The position numbers and the translations under genes are program-made. A stretch of 64,000 nucleotides of DNA from Thermoplasmatota archaeon (GTDB lineage Archaea; Thermoplasmatota; Penumbrarchaeia; Penumbrarchaeales; Penumbrarchaeaceae). The stretch is taken from positions 1 through 64,000 of the forward strand of contig JARVGK010000005.1 of assembly GCA_029762535.1 (NCBI GenBank), written 5' to 3'. Numbering within the stretch: the stretch's first letter is position 1; every line of letters begins with the position of its first letter. This document shows, in pieces, positions 10,305 to 20,131 of this stretch. Below the pieces are notes generated by a model. The model had not been told where the DNA came from and ran no database searches. It was given only the letters and a program-made list of their open reading frames with translations.

Positions 10305-11453
10305 TCAGTCGTGGAAGTGGTAGTCCTTCCCAATTCTCGAGACCCCGTACTTCTTCTCGATGACCTCGAAATCCTGCATCAACCTCTGATTGTCGGCCTG
10401 CGTGAGGTATTTTTTTGCCAGCGGGAAATACATTTTCTCTTCCCTTTCGAGGTGTTCGTTCAGTATGCTCAGGTATTTCTTCAGGGATCTCTTGAGCTTG
10501 ATGTTCTTCTGGGAAGCACCGATCGATTTGCCAATTATCGTCGTTACGCCAGAGCCGCACTCGGCGCAGCTGCCCTTGAACGCGTAGGAGCCGCTGTCCA
10601 TCCTGAACAGGGAGGGTTTTGCGATCTTCACCTTCTTGGCACACTTCAAGCAGTAGGCAGGATAGTCGTCCGTCTTTTCCATGATGTTGAACTCTTCGTT
10701 GCCGTTGCCCTTTTTGAGGGCTTCCTTGTAATCGGCGAAGTTCTTTCTGACCACCTCAACGACGATCTCGAGCTCCTTGTGTTCCTTCTCCACCCATTCT
10801 GCGGAGGATTCGGATATGGCCTTCGAGGCCTCCCCCTGGGCGCGGGTCAGCCTCTCCAGGAAAGCTATGGAGAAGGCGTCCTCCTTGTCTTGATGCAGCT
10901 CGGTTTCCATTACGAAAGAGCGCCCGCTGAGCCATTTGACGAGCTTCTCATCCGACTCCTCGTCTATGCTCTCAATTAGCTCATCTATCCTTTCACCCTG
11001 GAATCTAAGGATCTTGTGTTCTTCGAGGAGATGGGCGACTGGATCCCTCGAAAGCGTATCATCATCGCTTGGAACCCTCAGGAAATACATGACGGCCGTT
11101 TCCAATCTGTCGCGGACGACCTCCTCGGAATATGGTTTGGTGATTATGTCGTTCGCCCCGTTCTGCATGGCGTTCATGATGTCCCATTTCCCACCGCGAT
11201 CGGCGGTCAATATGACGTAGCTGTTCTTGTCCCTGACACGATCCATGTTCCTTATCTTGCTCGATAGTTCCAGTCCGTCAAGCTTAGGAAGGTCCCAGTC
11301 AGATATGATGACCTCGAAATCGTCGTTTTGCGCATAGGATCTCAATGCCTCTATGCCGTCCTTGCAAGTGATCACGTTGTGATCATCCTTCTCCAGTATC
11401 TGCTCCAGCATCATCCTGTAAGCGTCGTTGCTCTCTGCCACGAGTATCTTCAT
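10305..11453 (-). CDS. Response regulator receiver fused to an HHE hemerythrin-like domain with an inserted DUF5679-like zinc ribbon
   Basis: REC motifs SDWDLPKLDG, ILTA, ITKP; EEH...HQDKE...KEH...HLEREE..YFPLA; AYCLKC...KGSCAECG. Confidence 0.8.
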   Translation of the reverse strand: MKILVAESNDAYRMMLEQILEKDDHNVITCKDGIEALRSYAQNDDFEVIISDWDLPKLDGLELSSKIRNMDRVRDKNSYVILTADRGGKWDIMNAMQNGANDIITKPYSEEVVRDRLETAVMYFLRVPSDDDTLSRDPVAHLLEEHKILRFQGERIDELIESIDEESDEKLVKWLSGRSFVMETELHQDKEDAFSIAFLERLTRAQGEASKAISESSAEWVEKEHKELEIVVEVVRKNFADYKEALKKGNGNEEFNIMEKTDDYPAYCLKCAKKVKIAKPSLFRMDSGSYAFKGSCAECGSGVTTIIGKSIGASQKNIKLKRSLKKYLSILNEHLEREEKMYFPLAKKYLTQADNQRLMQDFEVIEKKYGVSRIGKDYHFHD

Positions 11454-11516
11454 GATATTCCCCCGAATAGTGTTAAGACCATTTGGGATTATTAATGTTA
11501 CGCCTTGTGGCGGACC

Positions 11517-13415
11517 TCATCCCACGAACTTGGCCCGCTTTGATATCATGAGGGGCATTCCGAGCTGGTCCCACGTCATTTCACCCTGTCTCGTCCTCAG
11601 CTCGGATATCAGATCGTCCATAGGCATCTCCACCTGTGGCTTGCCCGGCTCCCTCTTCCTGACCGTCAGTATGCCGCTCTTCGCCTCTTTCTCGCCGACG
11701 ACCACGATATAGGGGATCCATTCCTTCTCGGCGTCACGGATCTTCTTCCCCACGGTCCTGTCGGTGTCCTCGATATCGACCCGGACCCCGGGCAGCCTTG
11801 CGGCGATCTCGAGGCAGTGATGTATGTATTCTTCGGAAACGGGGACGAGCCTGACCTGCGTCGGGGAGAGCCAGTAGGGCAGAGATGAGGGGATCCCCTT
11901 GAGCGAGTCAAGGTATGCCTTCTCCAACAGCGCATACATTACCCTCTCGATCGCCCCTGAGGGCGACAGGTGAAGTATGTACGGATGTCTCTCCTTACCC
12001 TGTTCGTCGGTATATGTTATCCCGTATCTCTCCCCGTTCTCCACATCTATCTGATCGGTGGTCAGTGCCGACGCCTTGCCGTTGGCGTCGATGAAGTTGA
12101 ACTCGTACTTCATGAGGAAGTAGAAGAACCTCTCGCTCCACATCTCGATCACGACGGGGGACCCGAAGTCCTTGACCATCATCTTGACGAATTCTTCGTT
12201 CTCGTTGTAGAAGTCCCTGGTCATTCGAATGGCCATGTGAATGTCGGAAGAGGAGAAGCCTGTGTCCTTGAGGATCTCCCTTGCGAGCTCGAAGCGGACC
12301 ATCATCTCCTCCTTGGCCTGGTCCATGTCCGCGCATAGAGCGTGGCAGTCCGGCATCGTGAAGGCCCGAAGCCTTCTGAGGCCGGCCAGCTCACCCCTCT
12401 GCTCGACCCTGAAACTGTAACGGGTGAGCTCGTAGAGCCTGAGAGGCAGGTTGCGATATGATATGGTGGCGTCGTGGGCCATGAGGAACTGGCCGAAACA
12501 CGCCGCGAAGCGAAGGAAAACGCGTTTATCCGGAGTCTCAATAGCGTACTGTCTGGCCGGAAAGCGGTGCAGGTACGATTTCAGGGAAGGGTGATCGAAG
12601 TCATACATAATAGGGCTCTCTATCTCCATGCCCCCGTAATCCTTGACCCTGCTCGTTACGAATCTCTCCAGAAGGGATTTGATGAGCCGGCCTTTTGGAT
12701 AATACCTCATGTTGCCTGGATCGGACCCCGGCTCGTAGTCGGCTATTTCGAGAGCCCTCATCGACCTGACATGCGGCGGCTCCTCGGTGACGGCCCTCGA
12801 ATGATGGATCTCATGCAGTAGGAACCTCTTAAGATCATCATTTCCGGACAGGTCGTATCCCTTGATAGAGTCATCTTCGATCCGGACCTGATGCAGTGAA
12901 CCTTCGGGATCGAGTACGAACCATTCTGATCTGGCTTCCTTCTCGGACTGCAAAGCTTTGGATTCCTCCGCTTTCTTGGAGGCTCCCTCGAGCCAGGGGC
13001 GGATCTCCCTGGAGAGTTCGGAGAGGGCGTGCCCCTTGCAGTTGAGGTCGAACCCCTTGTACCATCCGAAGGGGGACCTTTTGACTTTGAGGCCCCTGTC
13101 CTTCAAGGCGCCTTCGAGGCCTTTCAGTATATTGACAGCATCCGTCCCTCTTCCGAGGTCGGAGGATAGATGTGCGTACGGGTAGAGCATAATGTTTTCC
13201 GTTCCGACCGATGCTGCCATCTCCGATATGACGTTGACGGCCTCGGCCATCACATTATCCTCATGCTCCGCATCTGGTCCTTCCACCGTCGTGAAGGCGA
13301 CCACGCACTCATCAAGAGAATCGGAACCCTCGCCTGAGATCTCCTCGGCGAGGTTCTTTATAGGTTTGGTCACGCTGTACCTCATCCTGTCCGAATGTAT
13401 TAGCAAGAGCTTCAT
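11517..13415 (-). CDS. thrS: Threonine--tRNA ligase, archaeal type
   Basis: MKLLLIHSD, YPYAHLSS and SPFGWYK editing domain; LRFAACFGQF, RAFTMPDCH, HLSPSGAIER; anticodon-binding domain. Confidence 0.97.
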   Translation of the reverse strand: MKLLLIHSDRMRYSVTKPIKNLAEEISGEGSDSLDECVVAFTTVEGPDAEHEDNVMAEAVNVISEMAASVGTENIMLYPYAHLSSDLGRGTDAVNILKGLEGALKDRGLKVKRSPFGWYKGFDLNCKGHALSELSREIRPWLEGASKKAEESKALQSEKEARSEWFVLDPEGSLHQVRIEDDSIKGYDLSGNDDLKRFLLHEIHHSRAVTEEPPHVRSMRALEIADYEPGSDPGNMRYYPKGRLIKSLLERFVTSRVKDYGGMEIESPIMYDFDHPSLKSYLHRFPARQYAIETPDKRVFLRFAACFGQFLMAHDATISYRNLPLRLYELTRYSFRVEQRGELAGLRRLRAFTMPDCHALCADMDQAKEEMMVRFELAREILKDTGFSSSDIHMAIRMTRDFYNENEEFVKMMVKDFGSPVVIEMWSERFFYFLMKYEFNFIDANGKASALTTDQIDVENGERYGITYTDEQGKERHPYILHLSPSGAIERVMYALLEKAYLDSLKGIPSSLPYWLSPTQVRLVPVSEEYIHHCLEIAARLPGVRVDIEDTDRTVGKKIRDAEKEWIPYIVVVGEKEAKSGILTVRKREPGKPQVEMPMDDLISELRTRQGEMTWDQLGMPLMISKRAKFVG

Positions 13416-13461
13416 GCTATCAGGCTTACCACAGATGCAGCCTTTACTTAATCGTATCCCT

Positions 13462-15852
13462 TCACTGACCCACCAATATGTCCTCGCAATAGCGCTTGCT
13501 CATCTCAAGGTAATACTCGGCGGGTAGTACCTTGCCCTCGTTCAATCGCTTCTGGGCCATGGAGAATAGGGATAGGGGCTCCGAGATATCATACCCCTCA
13601 TCCTTCCTTCGATACATCTCGAAGCGGCTCTTTGCGAGATCGGACTCTATCCTCTTCCTTATCTCATCACGGACCTTGACGGCATCGAGTGTCTCGACGA
13701 GTTTCTCATACATGTCGATAGCGTTCCTGAAATTGTTCATGCTGGCGGATTTCCGGATCAGAGGGAGTCTCCTTTTTTTGATGAGCACTACGGGCGGTTC
13801 CTCACGGTATCTGTCCAATATCGCGTCCATGGACGCCCCGTGTACTTCGGCGATCCTCTTCAGATGGGTGTTTCTGGTCCGGTACAGGTCGTTGAGCTCT
13901 TTGATGATCGAGTCCATCTGGGCCAGTCCATCGAGATAGTTATGGTCCTTTATATGGTTCTTGGCCTTGCGAAGTCTGCGCTCGTGATCGGATGTGTCCA
14001 TGTTGAGGTGTCGAAGCTTCATCAACATTATCTTCGAATCGATTATGGAGGCGCATATCCTCCTTGCCCTGGTTATGGCGATTATCTTTATGTTCCGTCT
14101 CATTCTCTCCAGGAAATCTTTGCCACTTTGCTTGAACGCACTGTGCTCTCCAGCAAGGTAGAGGTTGACGATCCCTTCATGCTCCTTCTTGATCGAAGCC
14201 GGGTCCTCCATTTCCTCGACGTGGGGCATGAGGGAATCTATCTCGTTGAGCATCTCCTTGCATTCCCTGTCGATCCCGGACTTCTCTATGGCATCGAGCT
14301 CTGACTGAATGTCATTGGCTATAACGAGGATATCATCGAAGCGCCTCTTGTCCATCAATTTGTCTAGATAGTCCATCTTCCCGAACGCATCGGAGACGTC
14401 ATGGGTCTTTTCAAGGCGCTTGAAGTGGTTGGTGAGCTTGATGTATATTTCGTTGGCCCGCGTTCTGAGCTCTTCAAGCTCCTTGAGGTCATCGAACCTT
14501 TTTCTTGCACTTTCCAGGACCCTTGAGGCGTCATCCAGTTCCCTTCTCTTCAGCAGACCTTCCACTCTCATCAGATGGTCATCTATCTCGGATAGCTCTT
14601 CCTCTATACCCTTGTTGCCGGCAAGGCCCCTCATCTCTTTCCTTATCTCGAGGATGGATCCCCTCATCGACATGGACTCGGGATGGGTGAAGTCCATTAT
14701 TCTTCTAATGATATCGAGTGATAGAAGATTGGCCCGGCTGTAATCATCGGTAAGGTAGCATTTTAGGGCAGTATCGAAGCGCTCCCTCATCGAAGACACG
14801 AATTCGGGTTCGGCATCTCTCTCTCCCTTTTCGAGGTCCTCGACCATATCGCGGGCCCTGTCCAGATTCTCCTGTATCTGATTGTCCATGCCCTCCTTGA
14901 TCAGCGATTGGAGCTCAGCCACATGGATGAGGGCTATCTCGTTGGCCTTGGAGAACATCTTTCTGTCGTATAGGGCCCTGCACTCGTTGAGATAATTGGA
15001 ATAGATCTCGAGCCTGCCTTTAGGAAGGGAAGGCTCCTTCATCAGTCTCTCGAATGTATCAAGGGACGATTTTGCCTTCGCCTCGAGCCTTCCGATCTCG
15101 GATTCCAATTCCGGGAGCAGGACCATGGTCTTTGCGCTCTCTTCTCTGGGGGGGATTTTCGCCCCGGGAACCCGATCGGTCCTCTGGGGTTCTAGCCCCT
15201 CCAGGAGCGAGATCTCCTTCTGAAGGTCCATGTTCTCCGGGGAGATCTCGAGGGCGACCGACACTATGTTCCAGGCCTCTTCCAGATTGCCCTTGGTCCT
15301 TTTGATCCCGATGAGCTTTATCAGGTTCTCCAGTATGTTCAGCATCCCGTCATCATAAGAGAATATGTTGATCTCTTCCTGGCCATCGGGGGGTCCATAG
15401 GGAGATATGTCGTTTACAGGGATGTGCCCTTTTTCGATGGTGAGGTCCTCGACCTGTGCATTCTCGGCGGGTTGGGTCGAGACGTCATCGTTCTTCCAGT
15501 CGGCGGTCTCGTAATCCTCAAGGCCAGAAGGCATACGTTCACTGGGGGCGTAGAGCAGGTCCTCCTCGGTTGGCTGGTCTATGCTCTCCAGCCTTTTTAC
15601 GGTTCGAACCACCCCGTCCACCCTGCGGTACATATCGTCGATGTCCGTGTCAACCTCGTTCTCTATCTCGTCCTCCAATCCCTTTATCCTAGCCCTGAGC
15701 TGATCGAGCAGTTCGAGGTCGTCCTGGTCCATATCAGGATATGCCCCTTCCATTTCCTCGAGCTGGGGGGGACCTTTACAATACGTACATATACCGTCCT
15801 CGGGAAGGTCCCTGCCGCATTTTTCGCATTTTTCTGTCAAACTTCTCACCAT
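13462..15852 (-). CDS. Hypothetical helical/coiled-coil protein with N-terminal zinc ribbon
   Basis: CEKC..CTYC at the N-terminus, acidic linker, long amphipathic helical repeats. Confidence 0.7.
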   Translation of the reverse strand: MVRSLTEKCEKCGRDLPEDGICTYCKGPPQLEEMEGAYPDMDQDDLELLDQLRARIKGLEDEIENEVDTDIDDMYRRVDGVVRTVKRLESIDQPTEEDLLYAPSERMPSGLEDYETADWKNDDVSTQPAENAQVEDLTIEKGHIPVNDISPYGPPDGQEEINIFSYDDGMLNILENLIKLIGIKRTKGNLEEAWNIVSVALEISPENMDLQKEISLLEGLEPQRTDRVPGAKIPPREESAKTMVLLPELESEIGRLEAKAKSSLDTFERLMKEPSLPKGRLEIYSNYLNECRALYDRKMFSKANEIALIHVAELQSLIKEGMDNQIQENLDRARDMVEDLEKGERDAEPEFVSSMRERFDTALKCYLTDDYSRANLLSLDIIRRIMDFTHPESMSMRGSILEIRKEMRGLAGNKGIEEELSEIDDHLMRVEGLLKRRELDDASRVLESARKRFDDLKELEELRTRANEIYIKLTNHFKRLEKTHDVSDAFGKMDYLDKLMDKRRFDDILVIANDIQSELDAIEKSGIDRECKEMLNEIDSLMPHVEEMEDPASIKKEHEGIVNLYLAGEHSAFKQSGKDFLERMRRNIKIIAITRARRICASIIDSKIMLMKLRHLNMDTSDHERRLRKAKNHIKDHNYLDGLAQMDSIIKELNDLYRTRNTHLKRIAEVHGASMDAILDRYREEPPVVLIKKRRLPLIRKSASMNNFRNAIDMYEKLVETLDAVKVRDEIRKRIESDLAKSRFEMYRRKDEGYDISEPLSLFSMAQKRLNEGKVLPAEYYLEMSKRYCEDILVGQ

Positions 15853-15932
15853 TCCCTCGATACCCGAACATGGTATGACTGTATGTTGATTATAGAGGAT
15901 TTAATAGTTTCTCTCCTTTTTTCGGTAATCGT

Positions 15933-16589
15933 TCAGCAGGACCTTCTAAAAAGCTCCCTTGCCCTCTCGGATGACAGTCTGAGGATCCTCCTCTGCATCC
16001 TTCCTATCTCCTTTCCCCGGTGGAAGAGGGAGATATCGCCGTGATGGCTTAGGATCAACGCTGTTGTGGATGTGACCGAGGTTATGTATTTAGCCGCCCG
16101 CCATCTGGTACCGCGCCCCTTTCCAGGGATCGGATCGTTGGTGTTCTCCATAGGGTCCGGACCCTTGCTGCCCTTGACGTGGATCATGAAGCCTGCCGAT
16201 CTGGCATGGCCCCTCGAGTCGATGAGTATGGCCCCGTCGAGCTGAGTGAACGCCTGGAAGGTAAGTTCCTGTTTAGGGTCCATAATGCTGACCCTGTCCC
16301 ATCCCTTGAACGGGTTTATTATCATTTGGGAGGTGTTCCTTCTCACCCCTTCCACATCACCGATGAGATACAAGGCGCCGGTAGGCCTCCCTTCGTATCC
16401 TTTGAGCGATAGGGCGATCAGTATATCGAGCGCCCTCTCGATGACCTTTACCGGGACGCCTCTGATGGACCGCAGATCATCCAGCATGCGGTCCACATCG
16501 CCTTCCATGACCACGACGAAAATGTCATTTTCGATATCCCGGAAGTTCTTTTCCCTCAAATGTATCACCGGACCGTTCATCAACGGCAT
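15933..16589 (-). CDS. Diadenylate cyclase (DAC/DisA_N) domain protein, DacZ-related
   Basis: EGRPTGALYLIGD, INPF, QLDGAILID (DGA motif), GTRWRAA (RHR motif variant). Confidence 0.85.
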   Translation of the reverse strand: MPLMNGPVIHLREKNFRDIENDIFVVVMEGDVDRMLDDLRSIRGVPVKVIERALDILIALSLKGYEGRPTGALYLIGDVEGVRRNTSQMIINPFKGWDRVSIMDPKQELTFQAFTQLDGAILIDSRGHARSAGFMIHVKGSKGPDPMENTNDPIPGKGRGTRWRAAKYITSVTSTTALILSHHGDISLFHRGKEIGRMQRRILRLSSERARELFRRSC

Positions 16590-16618
16590 TGGGTGAAGAT
16601 AGGATGGTCATCGGGCGA

Positions 16619-17047
16619 TCATTCATCGTCCGGACCTTCTTCTTCGCCCTTCGAAGCATTTTTCAACGCTTGATCCGAAAGGGAGGAAGGGCTTGAGGGA
16701 ACGCCGCCCTTGAAGGGCGCCATATCCCGGATCCTGGATGCCATCTCCATGGCCTTTCCCATGCCGTGATTCGCCATTTGATCGTGAAAAGCCTCATGGA
16801 ACACCTGTTCGGCGTTGTCCACGTAACCTATCTTGACCAGATCGTTCACCACCGACATCTCGAAACGGCTTAGGTTAAGCCTTATGGTCCCGGATCCGTA
16901 ACCTTCCCTGCGTTCTTTGACATAATTGTACACCGATTCCCTGACCAGTCTGCTTACAGTATGACCTTCGTACTCCGAGATCAACTGGAGCTCCTGAAGG
17001 AGCTCTGGTTCGAGTTTCACTGTTATCTTGGTGCTCAGTCTTGGCAT
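16619..17047 (-). CDS. Tandem ribbon-helix-helix (CopG/CdrS-like) transcription regulator
   Basis: KITVKLEPELLQEL..EGHTVSRLVRESV and a second unit TIRLNLSRFEMSVVNDLVKIG..NAEQVFHEAF; AGGTGGA upstream of ATG 17047. Confidence 0.7.
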   Translation of the reverse strand: MPRLSTKITVKLEPELLQELQLISEYEGHTVSRLVRESVYNYVKERREGYGSGTIRLNLSRFEMSVVNDLVKIGYVDNAEQVFHEAFHDQMANHGMGKAMEMASRIRDMAPFKGGVPSSPSSLSDQALKNASKGEEEGPDDE

Positions 17048-17130
17048 GGATCCACCTTGTTTGGTACCATCAGCGATGTTTGACAGCCCTTGCCTCCCGC
17101 AATGCATCCCATACTTTCCCACATGGGAGA

Positions 17131-17150
17131 GGTATGACCGAGGTCATACC
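17131..17150. promoter_or_regulatory. Perfect inverted repeat GGTATGACC-GA-GGTCATACC, candidate operator of the RHH gene
   Basis: 9-bp perfect arms located about 25 nt downstream of a minus-strand TATA-like TTATATAT (17174-17181). Confidence 0.55.
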
Positions 17151-17245
17151 AAAGGCGTATCTTTTTCTTAGAATATATAATTATCCGTAGCACAAGCTGG
17201 GGAAAAAAGTCTCATGAGGCCCATTCGAGATAATGAGGTCATATC

Positions 17246-17818
17246 TTATCTGACGAAGATACGATACTTTTCGGAGGGGTCCTCCATCTCCTGGATGATC
17301 CTCCGTACTATGATCTTTTCGGGTTGATGAAGGGTAGGGATCCTCTCAGAGAGGTCCGAGAAGGAGACAAAGGGACGCTTCTTCCTCTCCTCGAGAATAT
17401 GCCACATCGTCTTCTTCCCCAGTCCGGGCAGCAGTTCGAGCATGTGAAGCCTAGTTGTGACCGGCTGTGCCTCGTTGAATACCCTTATGAACTTCTCCTC
17501 GTTCTTGAGCACAATATCTTCGAGTATGAAAGGCAGCTCGGACTGGGCCGCGGCCGTGATGTCCTGGAACGACACCCGTTTCCTGACGGATAGTATCGCG
17601 TCCCTTTGGGCCATGTCCCTGCCGATATAGACCCTATCCCCTATGTTTATGGTCACATTGGGATGGGGAGATAGCTCAAGAAGCTTGAACTCGAGCTCTC
17701 CCAATCCGTATGCCAGCGGCTCCCTGCGGTATGATATCCGGTCAGGGTGACCCTGGGGCAGGTAGTCGAGTATGTAAACGTGGTCTTCCAAAGCGATCCC
17801 TCCCATGTCGGAGATCAT
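17246..17818 (-). CDS. DUF655 family putative nucleic-acid-binding protein
   Basis: YILDYLPQG, FKLLEL, RLHMLELLPGLGKK (HhH), EKYRIFV; conserved position after rpo4. Confidence 0.92.
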   Translation of the reverse strand: MISDMGGIALEDHVYILDYLPQGHPDRISYRREPLAYGLGELEFKLLELSPHPNVTINIGDRVYIGRDMAQRDAILSVRKRVSFQDITAAAQSELPFILEDIVLKNEEKFIRVFNEAQPVTTRLHMLELLPGLGKKTMWHILEERKKRPFVSFSDLSERIPTLHQPEKIIVRRIIQEMEDPSEKYRIFVR

Positions 17819-18237
17819 ATCCTGTGCTTGTCTATTATGGAGAGTAACTCTTTGAGCTCCTCCGGTTCGAGTGTGAAGCGCTCTTTGGCGAAGACCGGAC
17901 GGAGTTCGGCCTCGTCCCGGGGCATGAGCTCCGCGATCTTGTATGCGTGAGCATCGGTGATCCTCTCTAGTTTACATAGTTCTTCGATCATCGCAAGGGC
18001 CCTGTCCTTCTCTATCCTGCAGAAGGCGTTAACGACATCCATCGTGGCCCTCTTCTCGAAGCTCAGCTCCTCCGCCGGCTTCTCCACATCCGAAGCGCCT
18101 TCGAATTCATCGAACTCATCGGGACTGTCCTTCTCGGGACCGGAGTAGATCTCCGTTGGGAGGTCCTTGGTCAGCTCCATGAACTCCCTCACTTCTCCGA
18201 GGGTCAACAACTTTTCGGATTTCTCCTTATCTTCCAT
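17815..18237 (-). CDS. rpo4: DNA-directed RNA polymerase subunit Rpo4 (RpoF)
   Basis: LLTLGEV, ELSFEKR, AYKIAELMPRDEAELRPVFAKER; lies between eL21 and DUF655; GGAGG upstream of ATG 18237. Confidence 0.9.
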   Translation of the reverse strand: MEDKEKSEKLLTLGEVREFMELTKDLPTEIYSGPEKDSPDEFDEFEGASDVEKPAEELSFEKRATMDVVNAFCRIEKDRALAMIEELCKLERITDAHAYKIAELMPRDEAELRPVFAKERFTLEPEELKELLSIIDKHRI

Positions 18238-18343
18238 CCTTTTTCCTCCGATTCTGAACCTTTTATATGTCTCAGCCCAACTGCCGTTGTTACATGCACG
18301 TTGCATTATAAATAATTTTGAAGGGGCAGGGCCGAGTTATCTC

Positions 18344-18637
18344 TCACTTTATCGGCCTGAGATGCTCGGGCCTGATTATAAGGTCCTTGTTCAAGCGCTC
18401 TTCCTCCACGCGGACCACGTAGGCATTTCCCTGGCTTCTTATGATCGTGCCTACCCTACCATGGTACCTGTGATGGGGCTGCCCTTTCTGGCTGGATGAT
18501 TCGATGACGATGTTGGCCTTATCCCCCACCTCGAATGTCTGTAGGAAGCGCGTGACTGGGGGAGATCCCCTGTTCCTCGGCTTCTTCTTGAGTACCTGGC
18601 GGGTGTTTACCATCGTTCCCTTGGACCTTTTCACCAT
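18344..18637 (-). CDS. rpl21e: 50S ribosomal protein L21e
   Basis: MVKRSKG..TR..L, GQPHHRYHGRVG, IIRPEHL; 97 aa. Confidence 0.97.
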   Translation of the reverse strand: MVKRSKGTMVNTRQVLKKKPRNRGSPPVTRFLQTFEVGDKANIVIESSSQKGQPHHRYHGRVGTIIRSQGNAYVVRVEEERLNKDLIIRPEHLRPIK

Positions 18638-18663
18638 CGTGGATCCCTCTTTCATTTTTAGTT

Positions 18664-20064
18664 TTAATCCTCGATATCGAGGACATCCAGATATTCCACC
18701 GAGACCTCGCATCCGAGAGCCTCTGCGAGAGAGGGGGAGGTTCTGCCCCCGTCGCCGTGCATGAGCTCCTTGATGTAGAGACCCGCATCGCCTCTTATGT
18801 GGACGAACAGCCCCCCGCCAGGATCGGTCTCGTACCACGCTTCATGGACGAGCCGTTCCCGGGTGAGGTCAGCCCTGCGGTGGGATACCCTATCGGGCGT
18901 CCTCTGATTAATTGGACTTTGGCCGAGAAGCGAGATACCGTATTTAAGCATTTCCTCATCCCAGGGGCCATTGATACGGACCTTGGCCCTGTAATGCTTG
19001 ATGGCCCTTGATTCCTTGATCCGGCGGACCGTGTCCCTTGTAGTAATGGAAAGCTCTCGTATCAAGACCTTGCCATTGGCGTTCACCGCTTCCATCAAGG
19101 CATTGAGGTCAAGTGTTCTTTTCATAGGCTCGCTTATCTCCAGGACAAAAGGCCTTCCCCTGCCCAGGGTGATGACGTCGATATCCTCCCTACCCATGCC
19201 ATGCAGCTTGTAGTTCGTGCCCATGGCGGCTTTCAAGAAATGGACCCCGATAAGCTCCTCGACCGATGTCTGATACATCTTTCCCGTTTCAGAGCAGTGA
19301 GGGCATCCCTTGCCGCTGCATCTGTTGCATATCCATCTCGTCTGCGGGATCCCCCTCTCGAGCTTGTTGTATCTGCCAATAATGAAAAGAGGTTTGACCT
19401 GAAGCTCGACCGTCCTGAAGACCGGATCCGTAACAAATGAGATCTCGGGAGCGTTCTTGTCGTGCTCCCTATGGGGCCATAGCTCGAAGAGGGATTTTCC
19501 GAGCTCCCGGTTGTATTCCTCTTTTATGGGTTCTGCCCTGTCCGGTACGACCCTCTCCCAGAGCCGTTGCTCCCTGAAGGATATGCTCTGTTCGACCTTG
19601 GTGCCGACCTGAAAGGTATGGAACTCATAGAGCTCTGAGGCCTCGAGGATACGCCCCCTCATCTCGAGTATGGTGTCGAAGACGTCCTCGCACAGCCAGC
19701 AAGACCCTTTTGTCCGCTCATCGTCGGTCCAGGGAACGGGAAGTCTGGCGTCGGTGGCAATATTCCATTCCTCCTCCACCACGCCCGCATCGGGGTCTTC
19801 CGCTGTGGATCCACTATCGACGTTGTGGATCGGGATCCTGGATAGAAGGTCCCGGTCCAGATCTGATAGGGTATCGGATCCGTCAAGGACCATGCCCAGG
19901 AGAGTTCTGATCGAGGATCCCCTCTGCCCGTTTGTAAGGCCGAACCCCATCCTGGCGAAGAGCCTCCCTAGGCATCTGTCGCATATATCGAAATCCAGAG
20001 CGGCGAGGGCCTTGCCCAGGGTTCGGCTGGTTATATCAGGTTCGGGGAATATGACATCGGACAT
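18664..20064 (-). CDS. pus10: tRNA pseudouridine(54/55) synthase Pus10
   Basis: CDRCLGR, GRYNKLERGIPQTRW, HGMGREDIDV, QRTPDRVSHRRAD, GLYIKELMHGDGGRTSPS. Confidence 0.95.
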   Translation of the reverse strand: MSDVIFPEPDITSRTLGKALAALDFDICDRCLGRLFARMGFGLTNGQRGSSIRTLLGMVLDGSDTLSDLDRDLLSRIPIHNVDSGSTAEDPDAGVVEEEWNIATDARLPVPWTDDERTKGSCWLCEDVFDTILEMRGRILEASELYEFHTFQVGTKVEQSISFREQRLWERVVPDRAEPIKEEYNRELGKSLFELWPHREHDKNAPEISFVTDPVFRTVELQVKPLFIIGRYNKLERGIPQTRWICNRCSGKGCPHCSETGKMYQTSVEELIGVHFLKAAMGTNYKLHGMGREDIDVITLGRGRPFVLEISEPMKRTLDLNALMEAVNANGKVLIRELSITTRDTVRRIKESRAIKHYRAKVRINGPWDEEMLKYGISLLGQSPINQRTPDRVSHRRADLTRERLVHEAWYETDPGGGLFVHIRGDAGLYIKELMHGDGGRTSPSLAEALGCEVSVEYLDVLDIED

Positions 20065-20131
20065 ATGAGGACCTGACCCTGGGAGAGTTCATGTTTATTT
20101 GAACCTTTTGCATGTCGGGGATGCCTCTCAT

